Of a stretch of 64,000 nucleotides of DNA, positions 19,000-28,891 are shown piece after piece. The DNA lies in NCBI GenBank assembly GCA_965247095.1, contig OZ251997.1:2400001-2464000 (forward strand), given 5' to 3'. The DNA comes from Candidatus Multivorans sp. (lineage in GTDB: Bacteria > Acidobacteriota > Thermoanaerobaculia > Multivoradales > Multivoraceae). Under the pieces are notes generated by a model. That model was not told the origin of the DNA. It did not search any database and saw only the letters and a program-made list of their open reading frames with translations. The translations under genes were made by a program, and so were the position numbers. The stretch's first letter is position 1. Every line of letters begins with the position of its first letter.

Positions 19000-20142
19000 C
19001 TAGCCGCCCCCTCCGCCGCCGGTCGTCTCGGCGGCGACGGCCCGCGCCTCCTCCTCCAGCAGCCGGGCGCCGCGCATGATGTTGCCCATCGCGTAGTTGC
19101 CCTCGTGGCAGGCGTACTCGTAGACCTTGTTCGTGGTCTGCGGCCAGGTGTAGTCGCCTTTCCAGGGCTGGGTCCAGGTCGACGGATCCTCGACGGTGAA
19201 CTCGTAGTGCAGCGTATCCGCATCAAGGCGGGTGAAGCGCTCGGTGACCTGCAGGTCGCGCGACGCGGAGCCGAGTCCTGGCCGGTCGCCGAAGTTCCGG
19301 GTGCTGACGACCAGCGTGTCGCCTTCCCACCAGCCGATCGAGTCGCCGAGCCACTTGCGTACGCCCGAATCGTCGTGCTCCGAGTTCAGGCGGATGATCC
19401 GGGCGTCGTGGTTCATCTCGACCAGGATCATCACGTGGTTCTGCGTCTGCACGATCCGCTTGTGGTTGTTGTAGAGCGCCGGCAGCATCGGCGGTCCCTG
19501 AGTGGAGCCGAAGCCCATGATGCAGCGCTCGGCGTGCGGCCGCTGCTCGATGTCGTCGTACGGTCCCGGCGCGTCGGCGCCGCCTTCTGCGATCCACCAT
19601 GCCGTGCCCTTGTTGGCCCGGAACGGGGTCAGCGCCCGTCGCGAGGCCCGGCGGGCCTTGGCCGCGTCGGTCGTCGGCGGCATCCGGCCGTTCGCGGGTT
19701 CGGTGATGATCGAGGTGCGGTAGGCGCCGTCGATCGCGACCGTGCTCGTGCCGCGATCGATCCAGAAGGCGTTGTAGCCGCCGACGTTGCCGGCGCCCAG
19801 GTTCTCTCGCTGAGAGTCGTCGAAGCCGACCGGCGCCGCGCCCTCATCGGACGGAGCATCCCGGTTCGGGTCGCTCTGCTCGTTGGCCTTGGCCAGGAAA
19901 GCCTGCTCCTCCTCTTCGATCGCCTTTGCCTGGTCCGCGGTCAGGAACAGGTTGTCGCCGTACTTCGCCGGCCGCGACAGCGGCGTCAGGGTGGCGATGT
20001 TGTACACGCCTGACAGATCGGGCTTGCCGTCCGCGGTGCGAGGAATGTCGTCCTGGGCGGCGAATGCCGGGACGGCGATCAGCGCCGCCAAGACCTGGGC
20101 GAGAGCGGAGCGGAGCAACGTTGTCGAGATCGTGTTCTCCAT
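19000..20142 (-). CDS. Secreted hypothetical protein, EYACHEGNY family (paralogue 1)
   Basis: Signal peptide; PRTADGKPDLSG, ERC, PPMLPALYNN, WLGDSIGWWEGDTLVV, YEYACHEGNY. Confidence 0.85.
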   Translation of the reverse strand: MENTISTTLLRSALAQVLAALIAVPAFAAQDDIPRTADGKPDLSGVYNIATLTPLSRPAKYGDNLFLTADQAKAIEEEEQAFLAKANEQSDPNRDAPSDEGAAPVGFDDSQRENLGAGNVGGYNAFWIDRGTSTVAIDGAYRTSIITEPANGRMPPTTDAAKARRASRRALTPFRANKGTAWWIAEGGADAPGPYDDIEQRPHAERCIMGFGSTQGPPMLPALYNNHKRIVQTQNHVMILVEMNHDARIIRLNSEHDDSGVRKWLGDSIGWWEGDTLVVSTRNFGDRPGLGSASRDLQVTERFTRLDADTLHYEFTVEDPSTWTQPWKGDYTWPQTTNKVYEYACHEGNYAMGNIMRGARLLEEEARAVAAETTGGGGGG

Positions 20143-20311
20143 CGGTGTTTCTCCAACTGTTTCGTACTGCGAATACGCTCGCAATCGTAACAGCGGAGAC
20201 GGGCAGCCGATCCTTCGCCGGCGGGCCTCTGTCCCGGAGAGCATCCCGCTATGCTCCGCTCAAACCACGGATCAGGCAGGTGCCCGTCTGCCATCGAGCG
20301 GGGAGCGTGAC

Positions 20312-22561
20312 ATGAACTCCAACCATGTACTGGGCGACGTGCAACTTGCGATCGGGGTGGCGACCGCAGCGCTTCTGGGGCTCCTGGTTTCGGGCGGCGC
20401 GCTGAGCCAGTCCGGCCCCCTGATCGAACCGGTCACCGACGCCGAGCTCGCCGCCACGCCCAACGGCGACTGGCTGAGCTTCCGAGGCAACCTGTCGGCC
20501 TGGGCCTACAGCGCGCTCGACGCGGTGAACACGGAGACGGTCGGACAGCTCGACTACGCCTGGGCGGCCCCGATGGAGGACGGACCCAACGAGGCGACGC
20601 CCCTGGTGCGTGGAGGAATCGTCTACCTGCCTCAGCCCAACGACGTGATCCACGCGCTTGACGCCAGGAGCGGCGACCTGATCTGGGAGTACCGCCGCGA
20701 GCAGAACTACCTCGATCCCGAGGGCGGGGATCCGGAGCGGCGTTTCGCCCAGGGCCTGGGCCGGATCACCCGCAACATCGCCATATGGCAGGACGGCCTG
20801 TTCGTCGCCACGATGGACGCCTTCATTATCCGCCTCGACGCGAACACCGGCGAGCTGGTGTGGGAGACCCGGGTCGGCGACAGCCGCATGGCCCACTCGT
20901 CCGGCCCGATCATCGCGGACGGCAAGGTGATCAGCGGCCGCTCCTGCAGCATGTCCGTTGACGGCGGCTGCTTCCTCGCCGCCCACGACGCGGTGGATGG
21001 CCGCGAGCTGTGGCGCTTCTACACGATTCCCCGACCCGGCGAGCCGGGCGACGAGACCTGGGGCGGCCTGCCGCTCGAACGCCGGTACCACATCGGCGCC
21101 TGGCACGTCGGCTCCTACGATCCCGAACTCGAACTCATCTATTGGGGCACCTCCGTGCCCGCTCCCTCGCCCGAGGTCCTGCGCGGCAGCGGCGCCGGTT
21201 CCCTGCTCTACTCGAACAGCACCCTGGCGCTCCGCCCCGACACGGGCGAACTGGCCTGGTACTTCCAGCATCTGCCCCGGGACAACTGGGATCTGGACCA
21301 TCCCTTCGAGCGCATCCTGGTCGATCTCGAGATGGAACCGGACGAGGAAGCGGCCTGGTCCATCAACCCGGCGCTCAAGCGCGGTGAGCGGCGCCGGGTG
21401 ATGACCGGTTTCCCCGGCAAGACCGCCATCCTCTGGACCCTGGACCGCGAGACCGGCGAGTTCCTGTGGGCGCGCGAGACCGTCTTCCAGAACGTGATCA
21501 CGCACATCGACCCGGACACCGGCGCGGTCACGGTCAACGAGGAGGTCATCCCGAAAGCCCGCGACGAGGAGTACGGCGTCGTCTGTCCGGCGGCGGCCGG
21601 CGGCAAGGACTGGCCGACCGCGGCCTACAGCCCGCTGACCGAGGCGGTCTACGCCCCTTTGCAGGACGTCTGCATGTCGCCGATCATCACCGGCACCGGC
21701 GAGGGGCCGCCCCAAGGCTATGGCATCAACTTCCGCATGCAGTTGGCGCCGGGCAAGACGACGGTCGGACGCCTGGACGCCGTTTCCGCGCGCACGGCCA
21801 AGTCCCTGTGGCGCTTCGAGGAGCCGGCCGGGATGATGTCGGTCATGACCACCGGCGGCGGTCTCGTGTTCGCCGGCAACACGAACCGGCGCTTCCGCGC
21901 CTGGGATGCCCGCACCGGCGAAGTCCTCTGGGAGACGGTGCTCGGCGGGCCCGTCACCGGCTTCCCGGTGAGCTTCGCCGTGGACGGCGAGCAGTACGTG
22001 GCGGTTCCGGCGGGCGGCGGCGATCTGTTGAGCGGTCTCTTCAACCGCTTCGCCAACCTGACCGTCCGCTCCGGCTCGAACATGCTCTACGCCTTCAAGT
22101 TGTCCGACACGGCCGGGCGCGGGCCGATCGAACAGCCGGTAGTGGCCGACGCGGACGTCGACCCGGCCGCGGCCGAACCGCCGCCCATGATCATGATCGA
22201 CGCGCCGCTGCTCGAGACGTCAGAACCGTGCGCGACTTTCGCCGCGGAGCAGGCCGAGCGCGGCGCAGCCCTCTACCAGGAACACTGCACCGAGTGCCAC
22301 GGGCCGACGCTTCGCGGCGGCACCCAGGGCGCGGCGCTCGCCGGCCGCAGCTTCACGAGCTACTGGGCGAACCGCGCCGCCAGCGGCATCTACCGGACGA
22401 TCCGCGAGACGATGCCCCAGGGCAAGGAAGGGACTATCGGCCCGCAGGCCAGCGCCGACCTCGTCGCCTTCATCCTGCGAGAGAACGGCGCCGAGGCCAC
22501 CGGCGAGTTCGGCGCGGACGTCGAAACGCTAGACGGCCAGCGCACCTGCTTCCGGCAGTAG
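20312..22561 (+). CDS. PQQ-dependent dehydrogenase with C-terminal cytochrome c
   Basis: DWLSFRG..AYS, EATPLV, Trp-docking beta-propeller repeats, DNWDLD, GEQYVAV; CTECH heme motif near C-terminus. Confidence 0.9.
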   Translation: MNSNHVLGDVQLAIGVATAALLGLLVSGGALSQSGPLIEPVTDAELAATPNGDWLSFRGNLSAWAYSALDAVNTETVGQLDYAWAAPMEDGPNEATPLVRGGIVYLPQPNDVIHALDARSGDLIWEYRREQNYLDPEGGDPERRFAQGLGRITRNIAIWQDGLFVATMDAFIIRLDANTGELVWETRVGDSRMAHSSGPIIADGKVISGRSCSMSVDGGCFLAAHDAVDGRELWRFYTIPRPGEPGDETWGGLPLERRYHIGAWHVGSYDPELELIYWGTSVPAPSPEVLRGSGAGSLLYSNSTLALRPDTGELAWYFQHLPRDNWDLDHPFERILVDLEMEPDEEAAWSINPALKRGERRRVMTGFPGKTAILWTLDRETGEFLWARETVFQNVITHIDPDTGAVTVNEEVIPKARDEEYGVVCPAAAGGKDWPTAAYSPLTEAVYAPLQDVCMSPIITGTGEGPPQGYGINFRMQLAPGKTTVGRLDAVSARTAKSLWRFEEPAGMMSVMTTGGGLVFAGNTNRRFRAWDARTGEVLWETVLGGPVTGFPVSFAVDGEQYVAVPAGGGDLLSGLFNRFANLTVRSGSNMLYAFKLSDTAGRGPIEQPVVADADVDPAAAEPPPMIMIDAPLLETSEPCATFAAEQAERGAALYQEHCTECHGPTLRGGTQGAALAGRSFTSYWANRAASGIYRTIRETMPQGKEGTIGPQASADLVAFILRENGAEATGEFGADVETLDGQRTCFRQ

Positions 22562-23641
22562 CGCCGGCTGCAGCCCGAGTCTCTCGGGAGCCCCGACGGT
22601 CGATGCATGGTCGTCGTGACCAGCCTCGTCGTCGCCGTCGTGACCATCCTCGTCATGGTCCTCGTGACCGGCCTCGTCATGGTCGTCGTGACCAGCCTCG
22701 TCATGATCGTCGTGACCAGCCTCGACATGGTCATCATGCTCCTGTTGCTCATGCTGCACACCGTGATCGTGACCATCATGCGCGTCGCCGGTGTGCGGAT
22801 GCTGATGCCAGAGGCCGAGCACCGCCATCGTGCCGATGCCGATCAGCACGAGCGCGAACTTGAGCCACCGGTCCGTGTCCCGCTCGGGCATCGGAACGTC
22901 GTCGTCACCGATCAACGCGCTCCGCACGTAGTGCGCGATCCGGTCCCGCTCCCGGGAGAGTTCGGCATCGAGCACGTCCATCACCGCCACGTAGATGAAG
23001 GTGCCGGCCGCAATCGCGTTGAAGCTGCCCTCGAACAGGATCGCTGCTCTCCCCTCGAGCACTTCTCCTGCCACGGTGCCGAGCAGGATCCCAAGCGGCG
23101 TCATGACCGAGAAGAACGCCAGCGTCTGCCATAGCGCCCGGTTGCCCGCGGCGTGGGCGGTCACGATCAGGGCGAACGCCGCAGAGCCCTTGTGGAACAG
23201 GATGCCGAACATCACGACCAGTACGGCCGCGGCTTCGGGCTGAAGACCCAGAGCCATCCCCGCGATGACCGAGTGAACCGACAGCACGATGAGCAGGACG
23301 AAGGCGTAGAAGGGCGGCCTCGTCGGCTCTCCGTCCTCCCCGAGCCTCGAGTTCCGGCCTTCCAGAACCACCCGGTCGATCAGGAGCAGCAGGCCGACCC
23401 CCAGGGCCGCGAGCAGCGGGGCCAGGGGATAGTCGACCACGCCCCGAAGCGCTTCATCGGCTTCGGGCAGCAGGTGAACGAACCCGACGCCGAGGAAGAT
23501 GCCCCCCGCGAGCGCATTCCCCAGGGAAAGGTACCGGCGGCTCGCCCGCTGCTTCGCGACCAGGATGGGAATCGCGCCGCCCACGTAGGCGATCGCCAGG
23601 ATCGCCAGGCCGGCGATGATCTTGATGGCAAGCGGGGACAT
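22529..23641 (-). CDS. ZIP family metal transporter with His/Asp-rich C-terminal tail
   Basis: GGIFLGVGFVHLLPEA, LSVHSVIAGMALG, HKGSAAF, AGTFIYV. Confidence 0.88.
   Translation of the reverse strand: MSPLAIKIIAGLAILAIAYVGGAIPILVAKQRASRRYLSLGNALAGGIFLGVGFVHLLPEADEALRGVVDYPLAPLLAALGVGLLLLIDRVVLEGRNSRLGEDGEPTRPPFYAFVLLIVLSVHSVIAGMALGLQPEAAAVLVVMFGILFHKGSAAFALIVTAHAAGNRALWQTLAFFSVMTPLGILLGTVAGEVLEGRAAILFEGSFNAIAAGTFIYVAVMDVLDAELSRERDRIAHYVRSALIGDDDVPMPERDTDRWLKFALVLIGIGTMAVLGLWHQHPHTGDAHDGHDHGVQHEQQEHDDHVEAGHDDHDEAGHDDHDEAGHEDHDEDGHDGDDEAGHDDHASTVGAPERLGLQPALLPEAGALAV
22606..22738 (-). repeat. 24-bp coding tandem repeat (HDDHDEAG x ~5.5)
   Basis: HDDHVEAG HDDHDEAG HDDHDEAG HEDHDEDG HDGDDEAG HDDH. 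Confidence 0.85.
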
Positions 23642-23684
23642 CAGGGGGTTCCTCGTCTATCGTGTCGACTATCGTGTCGACCGT

Positions 23685-24401
23685 TCAGGGTGACCCGCCG
23701 GCCGCCGCGGACTCGCGGTCTGCCCGAGACGGCGGCAGCAACTCCGGTCTCGCGTAGAAGTTCGCTTGCGTGGCCCGCACGTAGGCCGGGCGAGCGTTGA
23801 GCCGCTCCCGGTAGGCGGCAAGCCGAGGGCCGATCGGCTCCTTGTAGGCGACCGCCCAATCGAGGCAACTGCCGAGCAGGATGTCGACACCGGTGAAGCG
23901 GTCCCCGAGCAGGAACTCCCTGCCGTCGGCGAACTCGAGTTCCGCCACCGCGGACTGCTTCGCGAAGCCCTCCGACGCCGTCTGGATCGCCGCCGGCGCC
24001 TCGCCGTACAGGTGAGCGAGGTCGCGGTGCTTGCGGATGATGTAGAGGGTGTGGGCGTCGAGCTCCATCATCACGAAGAACGCCCACTGGTCGTACCGCG
24101 CCCGGGCCTCGGTGCCCGCGGCCGGCATCAGGCCATCCGGCTCGCCGTACTCCTCCGCCAGGTAGCTCACGATCGCCGCGCTCTCCGCGAGGGTGAGATC
24201 GCCGTCCTGGAGCAGCGGGATCTTCTGCCGCGGATTGAGCCGCGTGAACTCGTCGGTCTGCGTCTCGCCGGTGCGGGGACCGATCGCCCGGTGCTCGTAG
24301 TCGAGCCCCAACTCCGCCAGCGCCCAGTGCGCGCGCAGCGTCCGCGCCGTGCTGCAGCCCCAGAGCACCCGCGCTGAGGCCTTAGTCTGCTCGTCTGTCA
24401 T
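23685..24401 (-). CDS. Glutathione S-transferase family protein
   Basis: RTLRAHWALAELGL, NPRQKIPLLQDG, ESAAI, FTGVDILL. Confidence 0.9.
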   Translation of the reverse strand: MTDEQTKASARVLWGCSTARTLRAHWALAELGLDYEHRAIGPRTGETQTDEFTRLNPRQKIPLLQDGDLTLAESAAIVSYLAEEYGEPDGLMPAAGTEARARYDQWAFFVMMELDAHTLYIIRKHRDLAHLYGEAPAAIQTASEGFAKQSAVAELEFADGREFLLGDRFTGVDILLGSCLDWAVAYKEPIGPRLAAYRERLNARPAYVRATQANFYARPELLPPSRADRESAAAGGSP

Positions 24402-24543
24402 GGGGCTGACCGAGAATGTCAGAAACGGCGGGGGATGGGAACGCTATTATCCCGATTGCTGCGATGACACTCACTCAGCTATCCACGAAGTCCAACCCGC
24501 TCCCGCTCGTCCGCCGCCAGCCCTACTGAACCGAGGCAGTCTG

Positions 24544-24951
24544 ATGGGGTATCTCGACCTGGCCACCGACCACGTCAAACGCGCCCAGAACCGACTACGG
24601 GCGCTCGATGCGCTCTACGAAGCGGAGAGCTGGGCCGATGTCGTCCGCGAATCGCAGGAGGTCGTCGAACTCACCCTGCATGGGCTGTTGCATGCCGTCG
24701 GAGTCCATCCGCCGCGAGTGCACGATGTGGCGGACCTGCTGGTAGCGGAACGGGACCGGCTGCCAGCCACGGTGGCACAGGACATCGACCGGCTCACCGC
24801 TGCATCCCGGAGTCTCCGCCGCGACCGGGAGTTGGCGTTCCTGGGCGCGCCTGATCTTGTGCCCTCCGAGTTTTTCAAGGCGGCCGACGCGGCGAAAGCC
24901 CGGGAGGCGGCGCGGTTCGTTGTTGCGAGGGTCGCGCCGAGCGTCGAATGA
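24544..24951 (+). CDS. HEPN domain protein (no MNT partner seen)
   Basis: WADVVRESQEVVEL, PPRVHDV, LRRDRELAF pattern of HEPN/MNT toxins. Confidence 0.78.
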   Translation: MGYLDLATDHVKRAQNRLRALDALYEAESWADVVRESQEVVELTLHGLLHAVGVHPPRVHDVADLLVAERDRLPATVAQDIDRLTAASRSLRRDRELAFLGAPDLVPSEFFKAADAAKAREAARFVVARVAPSVE

Positions 24952-24978
24952 TCCGAGCCTTCTACGCCGCTTGCCACC

Positions 24979-25236
24979 ATGAGTCTCAACATCAAGAACA
25001 AAGAGACCTGCCGCCTCGCTGCCGAACTTGCTCGCCTCACCGGCGAAACGAAGACCGGCGCGATCACCGTTGCGGTGCGTGAGCGGCTGGATCGGGAGCA
25101 GCGCCAGAGACGGGCCGATGCCTTGGCCCAGGAACTTCACGAGATTGGACAGCGCTGCGCCAGGCTTCTGAAACCCGGCCCCTCCGCCGTTGAGCATGGC
25201 GAGTTTCTCTACGACGAGCGGAGACTGCCGAAGTGA
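24979..25236 (+). CDS. vapB: VapB-type antitoxin (Rv0623-like)
   Basis: MSLNIKNKETCRLAAELARLTGETKTGAITVAVRERL...LYDERRLPK; GTGA overlap with vapC. Confidence 0.88.
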   Translation: MSLNIKNKETCRLAAELARLTGETKTGAITVAVRERLDREQRQRRADALAQELHEIGQRCARLLKPGPSAVEHGEFLYDERRLPK

Positions 25237-25342
25237 TCATCGACACGTCCGCTCTCCTGGCGATCCTGCTCGGCGAAGCGGACGCTGAGCGGTACGAGCA
25301 CGCTGTGGCCGGTTCGTGGCCTCGACGCATGTCGACCGTAGC
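25233..25342 (+). pseudogene. vapC: VapC PIN toxin, N-terminal ~36 codons only
   Basis: MIIDTSALLAILLGEADAE...RMS, then similarity lost. Confidence 0.8.
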
Positions 25343-25409
25343 CCTTCGCCGCTCGCTCTCGAACCCAGGAGGCGACATCGTCGGGCAAGGTGACGGTGAT
25401 CTTCTCCAC
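25341..25409 (-). pseudogene. CopG/RHH antitoxin N-terminal relic
   Basis: (V)EKITVTLPDDVASWVRERAAK, abutting the vapC relic tail-to-tail. Confidence 0.55.
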
Positions 25410-25564
25410 GGCGCGAGCGTGGCCAATGAACCCCGGCTTCGGCAGTTTGCGGAGGAGTCGGCACATCGACGCACCGACGTTCGGCGAATGCGGGCGAGAC
25501 GACCGCGTTGCCAAGGGCAGATACCGGCCAGAAGGCCAGCCTACCGACACTCGCCGAGTCGGCG

Positions 25565-25774
25565 CTACTGCGACCGGGGCAGCGACACCGCCAGCACCAC
25601 GCCAAGGCAGACCAGCACCACGACGTAGAAGGCGGTCGTAACGACATCGGCCAGCACCGGGAAGTCGACCGGCCCGGCCAGGGATCTCCGGCAGGTAGCC
25701 AGCGGCAGGCCCCCGCCGATGAGCGCGAAGACGATCCACTGCGTCCAACTGAGTCGCGAGGTCTTTTCCGTCAT
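25565..25774 (-). CDS. Small two-TM membrane protein (possibly relic)
   Basis: 69 aa, two hydrophobic segments, RBS AGGA. Confidence 0.4.
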   Translation of the reverse strand: MTEKTSRLSWTQWIVFALIGGGLPLATCRRSLAGPVDFPVLADVVTTAFYVVVLVCLGVVLAVSLPRSQ

Positions 25775-25887
25775 GTTCCTGGTCCGGTTGTCGTGCGGTC
25801 AGGCCTGTGGCTTGCTTGCCGTGCGGTGGTGGAGGATGTCACAGATCGAAGGGCTTCGCAGCCCTCAGCGGCGGCACGGAACAGCCT

Positions 25888-25937
25888 CGCCGCTTCGCGG
25901 CTCGGGCGGATGCGGGCGGGACGCCCGCGTTCCCAAC
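25888..25937. repeat. REP-like palindrome (modules A'+B)
   Basis: CGCCGCTTCGCGGC...GGATGCGGGCGGGACGCCCGCGTTCCCA. Confidence 0.75.
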
Positions 25938-26004
25938 GGGCTGAAGCGCCCGGAGGCGATAGGCTCACTGGAACACAACACAAGCACACAGCCGGGAGGT
26001 CGAG

Positions 26005-27162
26005 ATGCGGATCAGGCAACAGCGGAGGTCTTCGTTCTGGAGGGTCTGGGGCACCGCGGTCATCTCGGTGGGGGCCCTGGTCGTGATCGCCGCGGCGGCG
26101 GCTCTGATGCTGTTTGCGGCGTCGCCGGCGGCGGCCGAGGAGAACCCGCGGCGGCATGACGGACGTCCCGATCTCTCGGGCACCTACGACATCGCCACGT
26201 TGACGCCGGCTCAGCGGCCGGAGCAGTACGGCGAGCGGCTGGCGTTGACGCCGGAGGAGGCGGCGGCGATCGCGAATCACTGGGAGACGAACTTCAACAA
26301 GGATCACGCGCCGAGCGACCCGAACCGCGAGGCGCCGCCCAAGGGCGGCACCGGCATCTACGCGCCGGAGTTCACGGGCGCTGCAGGCAAGGTCGGCGGG
26401 TACAACGCCTTCTTCGTCGACATCGGCACGGACGCCTTCCAGCTCGACGGCAAGTACCGGACGTCGATCATCACGAACCCGACCAGTGGCCGCTACCCCG
26501 CGCTCAGCGCGGTCGGGCAGCAGCGGAGCGAACGGCTGGCGCCGTTCCGGCATGAGAACACCGGCACCGCCTGGTGGATGCACCTGCCGGTCGGCCCCTA
26601 CGACGATCCCGAGCTTCGGCCCCTGGCCGAGCGCTGCATCCTGACCCGTGGCGCCTCGGGACCGCCGTCGATGCCGGGCATGTACAACAACCTGAAGACG
26701 ATCGTGCAGACGGACGACCACGTGATGATCCTGATCGAGTGGATGCACGACGCCCGGATCATCCGGCTCGACTCGGAGCACCTGCCGGACAGCGTGCGCA
26801 AGTGGAGCGGCGACTCGATCGGCTGGTGGGAAGGCGACACCCTGGTTGTCGACACGACGAACTTCCGCGAGATCTCGGGTTCGGTGGCCCGGGCGTCGCA
26901 CGATCTGCACGTCGTGGAGCGAATCAGCCGGATCGACGCGGACACCCTGCGCTACGAGTTCACGGTGGAGGATCCGGTCTACGAGACCGCCTGGAGCGGC
27001 GAGTACCCGTGGCCGGCGACCGGCAACAGGCTCTACGAGTATGGCTGCCACGAGGGGAACTACGCGCTCGGCGGCATCCTGCGCGGCGCGCGGCTGCTGG
27101 AGCAGGAGGCGATCGAGCAGGACGCCTCGGGCGCCTCGACCGGGTCCGGTTCGGGCGACTGA
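26005..27162 (+). CDS. Secreted hypothetical protein, EYACHEGNY family (paralogue 2)
   Basis: PRRHDGRPDLSG, AERC, MYNN, WSGDSIGWWEGDTLVV, YEYGCHEGNY; RBS GGGAGG. Confidence 0.85.
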   Translation: MRIRQQRRSSFWRVWGTAVISVGALVVIAAAAALMLFAASPAAAEENPRRHDGRPDLSGTYDIATLTPAQRPEQYGERLALTPEEAAAIANHWETNFNKDHAPSDPNREAPPKGGTGIYAPEFTGAAGKVGGYNAFFVDIGTDAFQLDGKYRTSIITNPTSGRYPALSAVGQQRSERLAPFRHENTGTAWWMHLPVGPYDDPELRPLAERCILTRGASGPPSMPGMYNNLKTIVQTDDHVMILIEWMHDARIIRLDSEHLPDSVRKWSGDSIGWWEGDTLVVDTTNFREISGSVARASHDLHVVERISRIDADTLRYEFTVEDPVYETAWSGEYPWPATGNRLYEYGCHEGNYALGGILRGARLLEQEAIEQDASGASTGSGSGD

Positions 27163-27183
27163 GGGGCGCTGGCGGCTGAACGC

Positions 27184-27400
27184 ATGGCCGACCTCAACCT
27201 CATTCCCCACCCGCTGACCGGTACTCCCTTCGGCGCCGCACTTGATGTGTGCGTGATCCTGGCCGCGCTGACCTGGCTGGCCTCGGTGATCACTCGCGAG
27301 TACCGTGGGTGGACCGCCTCTGGCAAGTCTGTCCGCCGATCTACAGCCTGATGGTGGCTGCCGCCTCGGACTTCCAGTCGGCGCGGGTTCCCATGGTGCG
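27184..27400 (+). pseudogene. DUF1295 (steroid-reductase-like) membrane protein relic
   Basis: MADLNLIPHP...WLASVITREY / frameshift / WVDRLWQVCPPIY, then truncated. Confidence 0.6.
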
Positions 27401-27453
27401 TCGGTGGTACGCTCGCCGACGCTCAAATCCAAGTTCCGAAGGAGGAACCACGC

Positions 27454-28749
27454 GTGATCCGATTGCGTCCTCGGGGACAGTTCGCCCCGCTTGCCTTTGC
27501 CGCCTGCCTGCTGCTTACGGCCTTCGTTCTTGCGCCGGTATTTGCCGGCGAGCGTGACCTCCAAAAGGCCAAGCCGGCCGATGTCGGCATGGACCCGGCC
27601 GGCCTCGAAAAGCTATCCGAGGCGATGCACGGCATGGTCGACGACGGCAAACTCGCCGGCGTCGTCACGATGGTCTCGCGCAAGGGCAAGGTCGTCCTCT
27701 TCGACGCCTACGGCAAGCAGGACATCGAGAACGGGGTCCCGGTCGCGAAGGACTCGATCTTCCGCATCTATTCGATGACGAAGCCGATCATCGGCACAGC
27801 ATTGATGACCTACTACGACGAAGGCCGCTTCACACTCGACGATCCGGTGTCGAAGTTCATTCCCGAGTTCGCGGACCTCAAGGTGGCGAAGGAGGACGGG
27901 CCGGACGGCATGCCCGTGGTCGAGGCCGCCGATCATGCGATGACGATGCGCGAGCTGATGAGCCATACGGCGGGTCTGACCTACGGGCTGTTCTCCCAGT
28001 CCCAGGTGGACACGCTCTACCAGAAGGCCGGGATCATCCTGGACTCCACCCTGACCGTGAAGGAGATGGTCGGCAGGCTGGCCAAGATCCCGCTGCGCCA
28101 GCAGCCGGGGTCGATGTGGCACTACAGCGTCGCGGTCGACGTGCAGGGCTACGTGCTGGAGGTGCTGGCCGGCAAGCCGCTCGACGAGGTGCTGAACGAG
28201 CGCGTCTTCGGGCCACTGGGCATGGACGACACCGCTTTCTGGGTCGAGCCGGACAAGGCGGACCGGTTCTCGCACATGTACGTGTCGAGCCAGGGCAAGC
28301 TGAGCAGAGCCGAGCTCGGGCAGTACCTCGAGAAGCCGAACTTCCTCTCCGGCGGCGGCGGCCTGGTGTCGACGGCGATGGACTACATGCGCTTCGCCCA
28401 GATGCTCGCGAACGGCGGCGAACTGAACGGCGTCCGGATCCTGAAGCCGGCGACCGTGAAGCTGATGCACACCGATCATCTGCCCGAGAGCGTCACCGAC
28501 ATGGGGCCGCTCTACCGGGGCAATCGCTTCGGCCTCGACTTCTCGATCGTCACCGATCCGAACCCGGCCACCGACCACGAGCGCGCCAAGGGCGAGTACT
28601 GGTGGTACGGCATCGGCGGCACCTGGTTCGGCATCAACCCGGACCAGGATCTGGTCATCGTCGGCATGATCCAGAGCCGCGATTTCCCTGCCTCGGCGGC
28701 CGCGCGCTTCACCAGCAAGCGGCTCGCGTACGAAGCGATCGTCGACTAG
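27454..28749 (+). CDS. Serine hydrolase, beta-lactamase class C-like family
   Basis: FRIYSMTKPI (SxxK), LMSHTAG, PGSMWHYS, GGGLVSTAMDY; signal peptide; RBS AAGGAGG. Confidence 0.92.
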   Translation: MIRLRPRGQFAPLAFAACLLLTAFVLAPVFAGERDLQKAKPADVGMDPAGLEKLSEAMHGMVDDGKLAGVVTMVSRKGKVVLFDAYGKQDIENGVPVAKDSIFRIYSMTKPIIGTALMTYYDEGRFTLDDPVSKFIPEFADLKVAKEDGPDGMPVVEAADHAMTMRELMSHTAGLTYGLFSQSQVDTLYQKAGIILDSTLTVKEMVGRLAKIPLRQQPGSMWHYSVAVDVQGYVLEVLAGKPLDEVLNERVFGPLGMDDTAFWVEPDKADRFSHMYVSSQGKLSRAELGQYLEKPNFLSGGGGLVSTAMDYMRFAQMLANGGELNGVRILKPATVKLMHTDHLPESVTDMGPLYRGNRFGLDFSIVTDPNPATDHERAKGEYWWYGIGGTWFGINPDQDLVIVGMIQSRDFPASAAARFTSKRLAYEAIVD

Positions 28750-28764
28750 GGCGTGGGCCAAGAC

Positions 28765-28863
28765 GATGCGGGCGCCCGATGACGGTCGCAGGAATTGGTT
28801 CACGGGTGGCGCGGATCGCGCCACCCGCGTTCCCAGGGCGGGCGAGACGCCCGCGTTCCCAGG
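28765..28863. repeat. Composite REP-like element (degenerate C, D, B)
   Basis: GGGTGGCGCGGATCGCGCCACCC-GCGTTCCCAGG-GCGGGCGAGACGCCCGCGTTCCCAGG. Confidence 0.78.
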
Positions 28864-28891
28864 AACCTGAGGAGTTGAAGAGGAGAGTTGT

